The notes below the pieces were generated by a model. It worked only from the letters and a program-made list of their open reading frames with translations. It was not told where the DNA came from and made no database searches. Below are positions 53,853 to 54,998 of a stretch of DNA of 54,998 nt, one piece after another. Source of the DNA: Pseudomonadales bacterium (lineage in GTDB: Bacteria > Pseudomonadota > Gammaproteobacteria > Pseudomonadales > Azotimanducaceae); NCBI GenBank assembly GCA_030728785.1, contig JANQYP010000051.1, forward strand, positions 6,626-61,623, read 5' to 3'. Both the position numbers and the translations under genes were made by a program. Position 1 is the stretch's first letter. Every line of letters begins with the position of its first letter.

Positions 53853-54868
53853 TGGAAACGGATCCGCGGGTCAACCAGCGCCACCAGGAAGTCGGAGATG
53901 ATATTCCCCAGCAGCAGCAGGAAGCTGCTGAGCAGGACCACACCCATGACCACAGGATAATCTCGATCCAATATGGCGTTCAGGCCCAGCAGGCCAAAGC
54001 CGTTAATGTCGAACACGGTCTCGATCAGGAAGGAACCCGACACCAGCAGGGTAATGTTCTGGCCAAAGGTGGTAGCAATGGGGATCAGCGAGTTGCGCAT
54101 GGCGTGCCGGGTGACCGCCTGGCGGAACGACACACCCTTAGCAATGGCCGTGCGGATATAGTCAGAGGCCAGATTGTCCATCAGGTGATTCTTCAGCAGC
54201 ATGGTGGTAAAAGCAAAGGCGCCGATCAGGTAACAGATCAGGGGTAATACTGAGTGGCTGAGCAGATCCATGGCCTGGTCCCAGGGCCCCATGTCGTCAA
54301 AGCGCATGCTGACAAAGCCGCCCATGGGAAACCATTCGAGGCGCACGGAAAAATATAACAATAACAGGGCCCCAAGCACGTAGCCGGGCACGGCATAACC
54401 AACAAATATCAGTATGGAGGAGATGTTGTCGACGGCAGTGCGGTGTTTAATGGCCTTCACCACCCCCAGGGGTATACACACCAGGTAGGTAATCACTAAG
54501 GTCATCAGGCCGTAATACAGGGATACCGGGAAACGATCGCTGATAACATCAAGCACCGGTTCGTTGTAGCGATAGGAAGATCCCAGGTCGCCCTGCGCCA
54601 CCTTGACCATCCAGTCGGCATAACTCTCGAGTACTGGTTTGTCGAAGCCGTAATACTCTTTCAAGCGCGCCAGTTGGGCTTCGGACAGTGCCATGCCTTC
54701 GCCCGCCACCTGGCTGCTGACGCCCGCGGCGTTCATCTGCTGGGATTCCATCATTGCCCGTTCGAGGGGGCCGCCGGGCACCAGGCGGGTGATGGCAAAG
54801 ACAATGATTGTGACGCCAATCAGGGTCGGCGGAATCAGCAGTAGTCGTCTGAGAAAGTAATCGCGCAT
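53849..54868 (-). CDS. Peptide ABC transporter permease (YejB/OppB-like)
   Basis: 339 aa. N-terminus YFLRRLLLIPPTLIGVTIIVFAITRLVPGGP and the DYIRTAIAKGVS block are hallmark OppB/DppB sequences. 4-nt overlap with the next permease. Confidence 0.9.
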   Translation of the reverse strand: MRDYFLRRLLLIPPTLIGVTIIVFAITRLVPGGPLERAMMESQQMNAAGVSSQVAGEGMALSEAQLARLKEYYGFDKPVLESYADWMVKVAQGDLGSSYRYNEPVLDVISDRFPVSLYYGLMTLVITYLVCIPLGVVKAIKHRTAVDNISSILIFVGYAVPGYVLGALLLLYFSVRLEWFPMGGFVSMRFDDMGPWDQAMDLLSHSVLPLICYLIGAFAFTTMLLKNHLMDNLASDYIRTAIAKGVSFRQAVTRHAMRNSLIPIATTFGQNITLLVSGSFLIETVFDINGFGLLGLNAILDRDYPVVMGVVLLSSFLLLLGNIISDFLVALVDPRIRFQ

Positions 54869-54998
54869 ACGACTTTTAGGATTTCCTGCACAGGTTAAGC
54901 GCTCTTTTTGAGCGCTGCGATAAAAAGATGAATGATCTTTAAGGGCAGCAGGTGGCCGGCTATGCCGGCCCTGTAAATGGGCCGCGCCTACAGTTAAC

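Noticed and set aside
54898-54969. Two hairpins upstream of the peptide transporter operon (agcgctc-ttttt-gagcgct at 54898-54916 and ggccggc-tat-gccggcc at 54953-54969), considered as terminators.
   Set aside because: Neither has a U-tract in a sensible orientation, and the upstream gene lies outside the window. They may be the terminator of the neighbouring gene or an operator, but this cannot be decided here.
1-54998. tRNA, rRNA, tmRNA, integrase/transposase, prophage, toxin-antitoxin or known defence-system genes.
   Set aside because: No cloverleaf-like sequence (for example a GGTTCGAATCC T-arm) was noticed in any intergenic gap. No ORF showed recombinase, transposase, nuclease-helicase or other defence signatures. 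This was a scan by eye only, so small RNAs and ORFs under 60 aa could have been missed.

Overview
This is a GC-rich chromosomal segment. Its gene content looks gammaproteobacterial (Syd, SrkA/YihE, NudC, ModABC, a Yej-like peptide ABC transporter); that assignment is an inference. About 55 protein-coding genes are supported and densely packed. A nearly uninterrupted minus-strand array runs from about 34.8 kb down to 15.1 kb, and many junctions show stop/start overlaps. Reading by eye, I found no rRNA, tRNA, CRISPR array, integrase, transposase or phage gene, so this is core or metabolic genome rather than a mobile island. Recognisable content: mdh; a GGDEF cyclase; an Ada/AlkA-Ogt alkylation repair pair; syd-aroA; two ECF sigma modules (one with an EF-hand protein and a Spy/CpxP-like protein, one of the ChrR type); hemJ; nudC-modABC-srkA; comF; tolC plus an HtrA-like protease; a purN/prs-like/type-2 ileS/amidase operon; matB; a cobalt-type nitrile hydratase operon (beta-alpha-accessory); LemA plus an M48 peptidase; an Mtd1-type dehydrogenase plus an Fch-type cyclohydrolase; and a five-gene peptide ABC importer. 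The observations most worth follow-up are listed here. (1) The eukaryote-like (type 2) IleRS sits in an unexplained operon with a PRPP-synthetase paralogue, a PurN-like formyltransferase and an amidase. (2) FolD chemistry appears to be split between a fungal Mtd1-type dehydrogenase and a stand-alone cyclohydrolase. (3) Short tandem repeats are unusually dense at gene termini. One 14-bp repeat forms a chain of three overlapping 5-codon mini-ORFs bridging two genes, and a 15-bp minisatellite family occurs at the 3' ends of two unrelated genes. (4) A textbook-like TGATCC-N16-CGTA promoter precedes the ChrR-type sigma operon. All functional calls rest on motif and sequence recognition by eye. No database search was run, and the start codons I adjusted are inferences.
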